Virus record (IMG/VR): IMGVR_UViG_3300035208_006812
DNA length: 26,606 bases
Source: a virus
Strand: one strand, 5' to 3'
Under the pieces are notes generated by a model. It saw only the letters and a program-made list of their open reading frames with translations, did no database searches and was not told the origin of the DNA. Numbering within the stretch: position 1 is the stretch's first letter; each line of letters begins with the position of its first letter. This document shows, piece after piece, positions 1 through 8,807 of the stretch. The translations under genes were made by a program, and so were the position numbers.

Positions 1-2
1 CT

Positions 3-2387
3 TGTTCCCAGAACGGGACCCAACAAATCATGACATGTGCCGACGGTATAAGCCCGTGGACACTTCAAACAACCCCATACGCTGACGCTGTAACGTCCGG
101 TGGGTCTAGTACTGTCGTTCGTACTCTTGCCGCTCAGTCAAATGTAGGATGGAATTACACTACGTTAGCGACAGATTACAGCGCAAGTGTAAACCCAATG
201 ATTGAATTTGTCCTGCCTGCCTCCGGGCTTACTGCCGGGAATCATTACCGTATAGATAATGTACATGCAAGACTTCGGATAGTTAGCGCAGGTCCAACAG
301 CGTACTTAAAAGTAACTGCTCAGACAGCGACTATATCCGAAACAACTATTAAAGAATGGACCGAAACCTCAACAGTTTACCAGGACAAAAGCTATGATTG
401 TGTTTTCGAAGGAGCAGCAGACGAGGCCGTAACAATCAGGTTTTATCTTAAAACTTCCAATGCATCAATTAGAGCCGGAGCCGATAACATGGGTTATGAC
501 GCTTCGGAAATGACAAGCGGCTCATCTACGATAACATATTCCCGTAATCTATGGCGAGATATTTGTTATTCGGATGAGTTGAACCTCGCGGTAGTTGTCT
601 GCTATGACACATCATTAACTAATAATGTCATGTATTCTCAGACCGGGACTAATTGGTATATGGTCCCTTCGATAGCTGCAAATCAGTGGTGGTCAGTTGA
701 ATATTCACCGGAAACTAGAACATTCATTGCAGTAGGTCAAACAGGCTCAGAAAGGGTTATGTTAGCCAGGGGTTACGGTGAACTTGTTGATATAGCGCCA
801 GACAACTGGACAAAGGTAACCGACGGCCAGGAAGCAAGCGACGAGCATACAAATGGCAGTGTTTATACTTACATGATTAAAGGTAATGGAGTAGACGAAA
901 ACCCAGGATACATTTATCAAAAATTACCGTTTGACTCCATGTATGACGCAGGCGAGCTTTATATTTTAAAATCGTCGGCTTATGTAGAGGGTTTGACCTC
1001 CGGAGCTTTCGCGGTTGACATCTTTGCAGGTGGAACAATCGTAAAGGAATTGATATGGGACGCTAACACCAGCGAAATAGACACAAAGGAAATACGGTTT
1101 ATCTTTGATACCATACCGCTAAATGTTTATGCCCGGATACGTGGAATAAATACACCAAATGACGGAGCGTATTTTTATAACTCGAACATTATAGTATCAA
1201 AGGTTCAGGAATATGAAAATGACCAGGTCGGCGCACCAATAGCGACCTTTGGATATAGGGACGCAACACCAAATATTAAATTAAAGGGTGTGGGCACTAA
1301 TACAATGTCCGCAGACTCAAACCGGATAATATCAGACAAGGATTACGATACTTATACAACTACCTCAACAAGTTATGGAGATCCAATAAAAACAATAACC
1401 TTGCCTGCCCTTACAGGCGGCTCTAAATATCAGTTAGATGCTTTATCATTTGACTTTAAAACCAATAGCACGGGAGCGTATATATATTGTAAAACTACAA
1501 TTCAGGCACCTTCGCTTTTTGGTGGAGCTGAGCGCGATATAAGCATGTATACAACCAACGGGACCAGCTATGAATATAGGCGTTACAAACTGCCTTATCC
1601 TTTGATCTCAGAGACTAACGAGCAGGTAATATTTAGGTGGTATATCCGGATCTCAAAAACCGGTTACACTGGATATGTCAAAAATGCATGGTATCAGTTT
1701 ACAGAGTTGCTAGATGTAAACACTACTAAAAATGTTCCAATCTACCTATATAATACGAATGATTCCCGGATAGTTTTAACATGCTGTGATAGTCTCCCGC
1801 CAGGTTACCAGGTAGAAATAAATAAAAACGGTACCGGTAGCTATAGGTATATAGAATCATTTGCAGATGATAATTTCATATCAAATGCTTATGAGGTAGT
1901 AGGTGGTGTTTCCAGAGACGAAACAGAACAAACGCTTTATATACCCGATGGAGGTTCAATAACATTTCCAATGAGTACCTATTATCCTGTTTCCGGAGTT
2001 CCGTTTATAAAAATGCTCGTTGTATCGGGAATACCTCAGATTTCTATAGCTGTGGATACTGGAAGCGGACCCGGCACTTTTTACGAAGTTGATTCTAACA
2101 CTTCTGTATCTGTAGAGAATGCCGAAGTTATCAGACTTCTTGACAATGCAGCAGACTTAACACTGAGGGGTGAAAGGAAGTTCTATGTAAAGATATCCAA
2201 CTTGTCCGGGGCTTCTTGTACATTCGGTCAAATGCTTATTTACTCAACTCTTGACACTATCGACGCAAGAAGGTTAAAAATATATTCTGCAATTAATCCC
2301 AATGCAATAGCGGTAGAGGTCGGCGGTGATGGTAAATGCAGTGCCGTATTATCAATAGACTACAGGGATACCCAAATAATAACATGA
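3..2387 (+). CDS. Tail protein, probably a distal tail (Dit)-like protein with inserted beta-propeller blades and carbohydrate-binding-like beta-sandwich domains; 5'-truncated by the window
   Basis: The frame is open from base 3 (CSQNGTQQI before the ATG at 30), and this stretch continues a propeller-type repeat also seen as WRDICYSDEL...MYSQTGTNW and WWSVEYSPET...GSERVM. Directly upstream of the hub gene, where Dit sits in siphoviruses. FGYRDATPNIKLKG and the C-terminal N-AI-V...LSIDYRD resemble Dit. Two internal ~120-aa repeats (aa 41-158 and 438-559 from the ATG at 30). Confidence 0.7.
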   Translation, partial: CSQNGTQQIMTCADGISPWTLQTTPYADAVTSGGSSTVVRTLAAQSNVGWNYTTLATDYSASVNPMIEFVLPASGLTAGNHYRIDNVHARLRIVSAGPTAYLKVTAQTATISETTIKEWTETSTVYQDKSYDCVFEGAADEAVTIRFYLKTSNASIRAGADNMGYDASEMTSGSSTITYSRNLWRDICYSDELNLAVVVCYDTSLTNNVMYSQTGTNWYMVPSIAANQWWSVEYSPETRTFIAVGQTGSERVMLARGYGELVDIAPDNWTKVTDGQEASDEHTNGSVYTYMIKGNGVDENPGYIYQKLPFDSMYDAGELYILKSSAYVEGLTSGAFAVDIFAGGTIVKELIWDANTSEIDTKEIRFIFDTIPLNVYARIRGINTPNDGAYFYNSNIIVSKVQEYENDQVGAPIATFGYRDATPNIKLKGVGTNTMSADSNRIISDKDYDTYTTTSTSYGDPIKTITLPALTGGSKYQLDALSFDFKTNSTGAYIYCKTTIQAPSLFGGAERDISMYTTNGTSYEYRRYKLPYPLISETNEQVIFRWYIRISKTGYTGYVKNAWYQFTELLDVNTTKNVPIYLYNTNDSRIVLTCCDSLPPGYQVEINKNGTGSYRYIESFADDNFISNAYEVVGGVSRDETEQTLYIPDGGSITFPMSTYYPVSGVPFIKMLVVSGIPQISIAVDTGSGPGTFYEVDSNTSVSVENAEVIRLLDNAADLTLRGERKFYVKISNLSGASCTFGQMLIYSTLDTIDARRLKIYSAINPNAIAVEVGGDGKCSAVLSIDYRDTQIIT

Positions 2388-2396
2388 GGTCATAAC

Positions 2397-3566
2397 ATGA
2401 TAAGATTTTATGACTACTCAGCAAGAATACAGAAGCTCACAGGGGAGGTTTATTATCCTCCTGTAGTTTCATTTAGTACAGTCGATAACCTGCCATTTCA
2501 GAACTCTCCGGAGGCATCTATAGAGGTCATAGCGAATGAGAATTTATCAGGCATACAAAACATTACCCCAATAGAATTTGATGATATCATAAGGCTGAGC
2601 GTATCTATCAGGTATCATCCGAAGGATGTACCAGTATATGTTAATCTATTTGAGGGAAAAGTTCAGAACATATCTAAAAATTATGGAGAACTGAACACGG
2701 TAACACTTCAATGTGTAGGCCATATTTATGAAGTGTTCGACACTCTGGAAGTATTCGGCCATTCATGGACAAGTACAGTAGACGCAAAAACAATTATATC
2801 AACCCTTATGAGCGAGTCTCATAAGCTCAGCCGGGTAGAGTATGACGCTTCGTATGTTGATTCCGGTGTGACACTTCCAGAATTTAACGTCGAAGCTGAA
2901 AAAATGTTTCTGAATCAGGTACTTTCTAAAATAGAAGAAATATCCGGGTATACAAAATACTTCGATACTGTCCAAATATACGATAGATGGGGCATACTGC
3001 AACATATTTACCTTACATTTAAATCAATATCAGCAGCGGTAACGCATAAATACGAAATTAACGAAGGTTCTAACAGGCTTATTGCTGCCTCGGTTGACTC
3101 CATAGGCGAGGATGTAAAAACCTTTAGGTATGTCGTTGGAGGAACCGACGAGGTAACGGGGACCACATACCACGCCGACGTATCAGACTCGGTGGCAGTT
3201 TCTATACATGGTCCTCGTTATGCTCTTGATACCTACTCGTGGATCATGTCAAACTCATTATGTACTCAGGTAGCACAGGGTTTACTAGATGGTTCAAAAG
3301 ATCCATATGTCTCTATATCATGCACTTTAGAGGGAACACCAGACGCGCACAAGGGAGACCTTGTTAAAGTTGATTTTCACACACTGGATTTAAAGGGAGT
3401 TGCAGTATCCGGGAATTACCGCGTCGCAAAGGTGCAGCATCGTTTATCTGAAACAGGAGCTTATACAACTCAGTTAGACCTGAACAGGGTAAAAATGACT
3501 CCAACGGAATATACGATAAAGTACATTTCACAGAAATTAAATACTGTATTGACAAACCAGGCATAA
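2397..3566 (+). CDS. Baseplate hub / Tal-like tail protein (gp27/GPD-like fold)
   Basis: 389 aa, RBS GAGGT. Motifs LFEGKVQNISK...VTLQCVG, DSVAVSIHGPR, VSISCTLEGTPDAHKGDLVKV and GNYRVAKVQHRLSETGAYTTQLDL are typical of hub proteins. Follows the Dit-like gene. Confidence 0.75.
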   Translation: MIRFYDYSARIQKLTGEVYYPPVVSFSTVDNLPFQNSPEASIEVIANENLSGIQNITPIEFDDIIRLSVSIRYHPKDVPVYVNLFEGKVQNISKNYGELNTVTLQCVGHIYEVFDTLEVFGHSWTSTVDAKTIISTLMSESHKLSRVEYDASYVDSGVTLPEFNVEAEKMFLNQVLSKIEEISGYTKYFDTVQIYDRWGILQHIYLTFKSISAAVTHKYEINEGSNRLIAASVDSIGEDVKTFRYVVGGTDEVTGTTYHADVSDSVAVSIHGPRYALDTYSWIMSNSLCTQVAQGLLDGSKDPYVSISCTLEGTPDAHKGDLVKVDFHTLDLKGVAVSGNYRVAKVQHRLSETGAYTTQLDLNRVKMTPTEYTIKYISQKLNTVLTNQA

Positions 3567-3567
3567 C

Positions 3568-3662
3568 ACAAAAAGGAAAGAAAAGTTGCTGCAGTCACTC
3601 GAAGGATAGTACAAAAAGGAAATTATAGGTATTTTCTATATTTTATAAGAAGGTACCTATAA
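3568..3662. terminator. Bidirectional terminator region between converging tail and minus-strand operons
   Basis: ACAAAAAGGAAA twice (3568-3579, 3611-3622; T-tracts on the minus strand) and a 9-bp inverted repeat TTATAGGTA (3623-3631)/TACCTATAA (3654-3662). Confidence 0.5.
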
Positions 3663-3740
3663 TACAAGTATGCAATTGGATCATGTAACCAAAAAACTAC
3701 TTTTTCTTGAAAGGTCCAGGAGCTGTAATTTAATAAGTTT

Positions 3741-4001
3741 TTATGGTCTTGCAAGCTTCACATCCTCCACAGGTACCCATAGATCAGACTCGATATTAAC
3801 AAATCTTACCCGGATATGTTTTATAGGGTTCTTATTGACGGTTAGGGTCATAGGCTTTGAAATAATCATCACATAAGTTTCTTCCAGGGAATCAAGGTGA
3901 TTTTCTTTTACAAACTCCTCTCTTATATTCATAATTACGCCAGGGCTAAAAGAGGACAACCGCGACACGTTGAACGATACATATTTTTTAGCTTTGCTCA
4001 T
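3741..4001 (-). CDS. Hypothetical protein, 86 aa, possible SH3/KOW-like beta-barrel
   Basis: RBS GGTGA 4 nt upstream; last gene of a tightly packed operon; HIRVRFVNIESDLWVPVEDVKL is SH3-like. Confidence 0.6.
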   Translation of the reverse strand: MSKAKKYVSFNVSRLSSFSPGVIMNIREEFVKENHLDSLEETYVMIISKPMTLTVNKNPIKHIRVRFVNIESDLWVPVEDVKLARP

Positions 4002-4005
4002 ATAC

Positions 4006-4263
4006 TCACCTAAACTTTTTATTGGCTTCTGCTTTAGTTTTTATCCGGTCTAATGTATCCCACCAGGATACCGGCAATAACTCCAACTCTTTAAAGATGT
4101 CAATTTCCGGGCTATCATCCGCCCTGATGCTGTCATTTATGCCTTTCTGAGACACAGGCAACCATTTATTTTTATCCTCATTGAAATCTATTTCAATCCA
4201 TAAATGAGATAAGGGAGGTAAAAATACCTCGGGTTTATCTCTTTCTGGCTGGTATTCGTTCAT
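4006..4263 (-). CDS. Hypothetical protein, 85 aa
   Basis: TGATG stop/start overlap with the upstream gene. Confidence 0.65.
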   Translation of the reverse strand: MNEYQPERDKPEVFLPPLSHLWIEIDFNEDKNKWLPVSQKGINDSIRADDSPEIDIFKELELLPVSWWDTLDRIKTKAEANKKFR

Positions 4264-4997
4264 CAGATCGCTATTTCAAATGTTCGTCCGGCTTTCTTTT
4301 GGACCTCAGCAATTTCTTTACGGGCAGCTACCAGGGCGTTACCTGCTGCTTTCATAGTGGATATAATCCACTTGAGGTCTGAGCCGTCAAACAAGGAAGA
4401 ACCGATAACAAGCCACTTTGTACGAAGGTTTGTACGTATGCAAAGTTCTTTTCCATTATCCGGGGACCTCTTGACAGTATAGAAGGCTACATTTCCATAT
4501 CTGTAAATGTCCGGGAGCTCTTCGAAAGGCAATACATTATGTACTGATTTAACCCTGAACAGCAGGTTACTTTCATGAGGGACCATTTCAAAAGTAATCT
4601 TACATACCGAATGATCATTTGATAACTGATTTCTCAGTTCTGCATTCCTTGAGAGCCCTTTAGGACCGCATGAATCGGCAGATACGACGGAGCCAGGTGA
4701 ACCAGTTGATTTACTTTTATCTTTTGCTGTAGCTTCTCTGAGTGGTCCGAGCGGTGACACGGTGAGATACTTGTCCATGAGTTCTAAAGTCTCATCCGCC
4801 AGGACCGGAACAAACATAACCTTTGGTGAAGGGTTTAAAGCTACATTAACCTGAGAGCCTTCGAGTTTGCTCACGAAATCCCGAGCCTGCTTTACCATTT
4901 CATCAAATGGGTTATTTTCCTCTAATGTAACCTGTCCGGTTAAAAGTTTGTTGTTGTTCTCAAGAAGTTCTTTAATGATTGTGTCTATACCATTCAT
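4263..4997 (-). CDS. Hypothetical protein, 244 aa
   Basis: Long ORF coupled to the downstream gene; no motif recognised. Confidence 0.7.
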   Translation of the reverse strand: MNGIDTIIKELLENNNKLLTGQVTLEENNPFDEMVKQARDFVSKLEGSQVNVALNPSPKVMFVPVLADETLELMDKYLTVSPLGPLREATAKDKSKSTGSPGSVVSADSCGPKGLSRNAELRNQLSNDHSVCKITFEMVPHESNLLFRVKSVHNVLPFEELPDIYRYGNVAFYTVKRSPDNGKELCIRTNLRTKWLVIGSSLFDGSDLKWIISTMKAAGNALVAARKEIAEVQKKAGRTFEIAI

Positions 4998-5057
4998 ATA
5001 TTATCATATCCTCGATTTTTTGTTTATTTCAGTTGATTTTCTGTTATTTTTCATCAA

Positions 5058-5711
5058 TTAATTGAAGTTTTTAACTAAAAACTCTTGTATTTTGCAATGT
5101 TCTGTTTTTATGCCATTGCCTGAAGAAATAAGTTTAGAGACATAAAGCTCATTTTTACTTATTACCTCTGGCGGGATAGTGTCCAGGAAGTCTATAAACT
5201 CCCTCTCAGTACTGCATCTACGTACACTAACATCGAGGCAGTTAAGGGACCAGCTTTTACTAATCGGCTTGTAATACTGCCAATACTTAGACATTCCGGA
5301 ATTACCGGGCACTGGATCATGTGTTTTTTGTCTGCTCAGTGCGTACCTTATTTCGTGTTTAACCTTCGGTCTTTGAAGCTTAATAGCGTTTTGGGTAGTA
5401 TCAAGACTGCTTTTACAATAGGAATACATCCTATTGAACAACTCATCCGGAGTATGTAAACTTCCGCTGTCCTGCCCATCCGGTGTATATATTTCGATGC
5501 TGTCAACTATGCAAGAATCGCTTATAACATAAGATTCTGAAAACATAGCTACGAAATACTTTTCGAAATTCTCAACGGGCTTTATAAACCAGTCAAAGAA
5601 CTTGAACTTTCTTAAATTAAGTTCACCATCGGGCTGAATCAATACTATCTGAAGGATAGTTAAATTAGATCCGTCGGACGGTGGTTTTATTATTCCTTTG
5701 TATCGGTCCAT
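5058..5711 (-). CDS. Hypothetical protein, 217 aa
   Basis: Strong RBS AAGGTGAT upstream of the ATG; first gene on the left arm of a divergent promoter. Confidence 0.7.
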   Translation of the reverse strand: MDRYKGIIKPPSDGSNLTILQIVLIQPDGELNLRKFKFFDWFIKPVENFEKYFVAMFSESYVISDSCIVDSIEIYTPDGQDSGSLHTPDELFNRMYSYCKSSLDTTQNAIKLQRPKVKHEIRYALSRQKTHDPVPGNSGMSKYWQYYKPISKSWSLNCLDVSVRRCSTEREFIDFLDTIPPEVISKNELYVSKLISSGNGIKTEHCKIQEFLVKNFN

Positions 5712-5754
5712 GATATCACCTTTTAATACTACAAATACCTATTAAGTATACATG

Positions 5755-5791
5755 TATATATACCTTATCATCAGATGATTAAGTATATATA
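5755..5791. promoter_or_regulatory. Symmetric divergent promoter: two TATA boxes around a central palindromic operator
   Basis: TATATATA-CCTT-ATCATC-A-GATGAT-TAAG-TATATATA; arms match at 16/18 positions around centre 5773; lies between divergent genes starting at 5711 and 5825. Confidence 0.75.
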
Positions 5792-5824
5792 GGTCTGGTT
5801 CTATTGTTATTATGGTGAATACCT

Positions 5825-5947
5825 ATGCAGAATTTGAAGAAAATCACTATAGGCAAATATGCCTTTGAAATGCCGACAGAATCAATAACAGGCTGGCTTA
5901 TTTTCGGGCTGGCTGCATTGGGTCTAGGATGTTTCATTTTATCATGA
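5825..5947 (+). CDS. Small membrane protein, 40 aa (not in ORF track)
   Basis: MQNLKKITIGKYAFEMPTESITGWLIFGLAALGLGCFILS; RBS GGTGA; one C-terminal hydrophobic helix; ends 6 nt before the next gene. Confidence 0.65.
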   Translation: MQNLKKITIGKYAFEMPTESITGWLIFGLAALGLGCFILS

Positions 5948-5953
5948 GGTACT

Positions 5954-6244
5954 ATGACCACGAACAGCTATAACGATACCCTGAATATAATTTTCGGGGA
6001 TAACCGACGGGTAAACATCTTGCGTTTACTTTATGAAATGAGTACGCAGGGAGACCCAATATATATAAGAAAAATAGTTACGAGGACGGGATACACTCCC
6101 CAGACAGTTACAAATCATATAAACGAGCTTGAAAAGTATGGAGTGATAAAACGAACACAGCGCGAAGGTTCGCCGACAAAATACATAGACCTCAATGAAA
6201 ATGTTGAGGGCGTGATAGATCTTATTCAAGGTTTGAAACTATGA
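5954..6244 (+). CDS. Winged helix-turn-helix transcriptional regulator (ArsR-like)
   Basis: RRVNILRLL...IRKIVTRTGYTPQTVTNHINELEKYGVIKR matches the wHTH pattern; RBS GAGGT. Confidence 0.85.
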   Translation: MTTNSYNDTLNIIFGDNRRVNILRLLYEMSTQGDPIYIRKIVTRTGYTPQTVTNHINELEKYGVIKRTQREGSPTKYIDLNENVEGVIDLIQGLKL

Positions 6245-7578
6245 TCGACTGTTCAGGCATCTCCACAGCTTCACAACTTCAAAAGTACTTTGATAAATAC
6301 GGAGCTGAAACATATCAATTTAGTAAGAATCAAAAGATTGCTGTAGATACTCGGATGAATATAAACGGGGCGTATAACCTAAAGGGGTTTTCTGCATATG
6401 CAGATATGCCCATTTTCAAGTTAAACCCGAGAGTATCCGAAAAAGACTTCGGTATACAGGAAGCAATTATAACCATCAATGGGGCAGGACCTTCTATAGA
6501 AGGTATCCGCTTTGATGGGAATGACGTAAACCAACTATTTGAAAGAGGAGATGGTTACCACAACTTCATAAAACTATACAAGACTACAGGCTTCAGAGCA
6601 GACCGGTTATATGTCGAGAACTCACTCGGGGATGGAATCCGGGCACAGTTTGCGGATGATACCGAAATATCAAGAATGGGAGTTCATCAATGTGGGCATG
6701 ATGGAATATACTTGCAGGAATCTAAAAATGTAATTGTTTCGGGATGTGTGTTTCATATCCGGACCAATTGTGCTACAAGGTTCAGAGCTTGTGAGAATGC
6801 CCAATTTTATAATAATTGGGTTGAAAATCAAATCCATACAGGCATAAGCACAGGGCCAGGTCTCCAACTTGAGAATTCAACAACCTCGACAACTGCAAAA
6901 GATTACAGCATATTTAACAACTACTTCAAAAACACTGATGGTCCGGGAATATGGGCTATTAATACATATGCTGCAAGTCCGGACGCTGCAACAGGCTTGA
7001 ACATCTACCAAAACACGTTTGAGAATTGCGGCCAGGGAGGGCACTATAAGAATGTCACAAGTACAGGCGGTATTTGTGTCGATGGTTGGAAGGCAGGAAT
7101 CTATCAAAACCTTTTCACGGGTTGCAGCTCTGGCGTGACTATAGGTCCTTGGGTTTCAATAACTCCGGCTGGTTCCGGGTATCAAGTAACAGTTAAAAAT
7201 AATATGTTTGCTCACTGTGCAGCAGGCAAGCAGGTCTATTCATCGGCTGGTACAGGCATAGACAAAACTTCTAAAGTTAATACAAAAGTTTCATGTTCTG
7301 AAAATTGGTTCTATGAAAATAAAAATGACTATTTCGGGACGGGAGAGACGACACAGATAAACCCATACCTAACGCTAAATAATCATCTATATGTAATAGG
7401 TGATAAATCAAGCGTCGAGGGAAGGGGTATAGGCGCAAAAGATGTAAACAACACATATGAGTCAACTGGTGTTGAAAAGGTCGAAATTAGAATATCAAAG
7501 ATTCTGAAGGTAAGATACTCGGATAAATACCCGAATGTTCTTCCTGAAGGTGTGATAATATGGAAGCGTAAATCATGA
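6241..7578 (+). CDS. Right-handed parallel beta-helix protein resembling the Methanosarcina disaggregatase family; putative polysaccharide-degrading enzyme
   Basis: Repeated N-x-F/I-x-N-N beta-helix rungs. Ordered motifs FDGN, GDGYHN, GDG, GHDG, RTN, GPGLQLE, NTDGPGIW, GGI match those I recall from Methanosarcina disaggregatase-related proteins. ATGA overlap with the wHTH gene. Confidence 0.75.
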   Translation: MIDCSGISTASQLQKYFDKYGAETYQFSKNQKIAVDTRMNINGAYNLKGFSAYADMPIFKLNPRVSEKDFGIQEAIITINGAGPSIEGIRFDGNDVNQLFERGDGYHNFIKLYKTTGFRADRLYVENSLGDGIRAQFADDTEISRMGVHQCGHDGIYLQESKNVIVSGCVFHIRTNCATRFRACENAQFYNNWVENQIHTGISTGPGLQLENSTTSTTAKDYSIFNNYFKNTDGPGIWAINTYAASPDAATGLNIYQNTFENCGQGGHYKNVTSTGGICVDGWKAGIYQNLFTGCSSGVTIGPWVSITPAGSGYQVTVKNNMFAHCAAGKQVYSSAGTGIDKTSKVNTKVSCSENWFYENKNDYFGTGETTQINPYLTLNNHLYVIGDKSSVEGRGIGAKDVNNTYESTGVEKVEIRISKILKVRYSDKYPNVLPEGVIIWKRKS

Positions 7579-8144
7579 ACGAAGAGAAAACATATAGTTC
7601 TGACCCAAAATATGTATTCACAACTAAATACAGTGATTTTGAGCTAGATACTAATAGACATCCAGAAGCTACGGTTACCTTACCGGCAAAAGACGGTTAC
7701 GACCTTAAATTGTTAGAACTGACTGTAAATATGTGTACTCAGTCAATAGGTAATACTGCATATTGTACATATCTTTTAAAAATCGATGGTGCAATATTTA
7801 ACCCCAATTTAACACTAAAGACTACCTCAACTGGATACACTCCGATAAAAGCTTCAATTAGTAAGCAGATCAGGACCTCAAATGATGTAACCTTTTATTT
7901 ACATCTCAAAACCTCAAACTCTGCTTCTAAAGCTATGGTAAAAAACTTTCAGATAAAATACAAATATGTAGCAAAAACCGTAAACGTGGCACCAGTCACA
8001 CCAGAACAGGACACAAGCGAGGCGGAAAATTTGGAATATATATTATATATTTCCGGATCAGAAACGGATGTGGAAGCGGCAATTTCTGAACTTAAAAAAG
8101 AGTTTGGAGATAAAGCCACAGTGGAAACATATTCAAAAAAGTGA
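7575..8144 (+). CDS. Beta-sandwich protein homologous to the repeated domain in the tail protein; putative glycan-binding module
   Basis: TVTLPAKDG..L..L....TQSIGNTAYC and TTSTGY...VTFYLHLKTSNSASKAMVKN align with repeats in ORF 30-2387. ATGA overlap with the beta-helix gene. Confidence 0.7.
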   Translation: MNEEKTYSSDPKYVFTTKYSDFELDTNRHPEATVTLPAKDGYDLKLLELTVNMCTQSIGNTAYCTYLLKIDGAIFNPNLTLKTTSTGYTPIKASISKQIRTSNDVTFYLHLKTSNSASKAMVKNFQIKYKYVAKTVNVAPVTPEQDTSEAENLEYILYISGSETDVEAAISELKKEFGDKATVETYSKK

Positions 8145-8148
8145 TTCA

Positions 8149-8394
8149 ATGGCAAAGGACAGGTACAAATTTAAAAGGGATAAATCAAATATGGCTCCGG
8201 GTTGTAACGTGCCCGGATACAAGCCAAAAAGGAATAAAAAACGGAGCAAGACCAATATAAACACAGAAAAGGTGAAATATATAACTCCAATCTGTCCCTT
8301 GGGTGGTAAATGTATTCAACCCCCAGGAGAGGACGGTTATAACCCTGCAAACTGTAAGAAATGCTCTAAGATGATCGAGGGTTTATCATGGTAA
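8149..8394 (+). CDS. Basic protein with C-terminal Cys cluster (putative Zn finger), 81 aa
   Basis: Start moved to the ATG at 8149, 4 nt after the upstream stop; CPLGGKC...NCKKC; Lys/Arg-rich. Confidence 0.6.
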   Translation: MAKDRYKFKRDKSNMAPGCNVPGYKPKRNKKRSKTNINTEKVKYITPICPLGGKCIQPPGEDGYNPANCKKCSKMIEGLSW

Positions 8395-8798
8395 CGGCAG
8401 AAAAATTACCTGTAACTGAGATATCAGTTAAGCAGCGCGGCAGAAGGATTAAAACGGGTCTCATTCTAAAGGTCCCCATATGCCACTTAGGACAGTCAGA
8501 GTTTAACGAGCTCGTCAAACATAACCCAATGTACACTCAGGTACCTTTGTCTTATATACGCGAGCCTGAGAAGCTTAAAAAGGTCATTCCAGAAAAAGGC
8601 TTTGATGAGTATAGCTTATGGGACATTCAAAGATATATACACATTTGGAAATTCACAAGTAAAAAGGGTAATAAGTCAACTGTAATTGCTCCAAACAAGA
8701 AAGAGGCTATCAAGGCTTCCAGACTTCCAAAACACGAAATATTATTCTTGACCAGGTATAACAGAAACGGAAAAGCATTTCCGATTAAAAGATGGTGA
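8388..8798 (+). CDS. Hypothetical basic protein, 136 aa
   Basis: RBS GAGG; overlaps the upstream stop; no family recognised. Confidence 0.65.
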   Translation: MVTAEKLPVTEISVKQRGRRIKTGLILKVPICHLGQSEFNELVKHNPMYTQVPLSYIREPEKLKKVIPEKGFDEYSLWDIQRYIHIWKFTSKKGNKSTVIAPNKKEAIKASRLPKHEILFLTRYNRNGKAFPIKRW

Positions 8799-8807
8799 GG
8801 CGAGTAC

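Noticed and set aside
5779-5961. 60-aa minus-strand ORF from the track
   Set aside because: Shadow of the plus-strand 40-aa gene, which has a GGTGA RBS and correct operon spacing.
7560-7590. Programmed frameshift fusing the beta-helix to its downstream partner
   Set aside because: No clear slippery heptamer before the stop; the ATGA overlap is explained by ordinary translational coupling.
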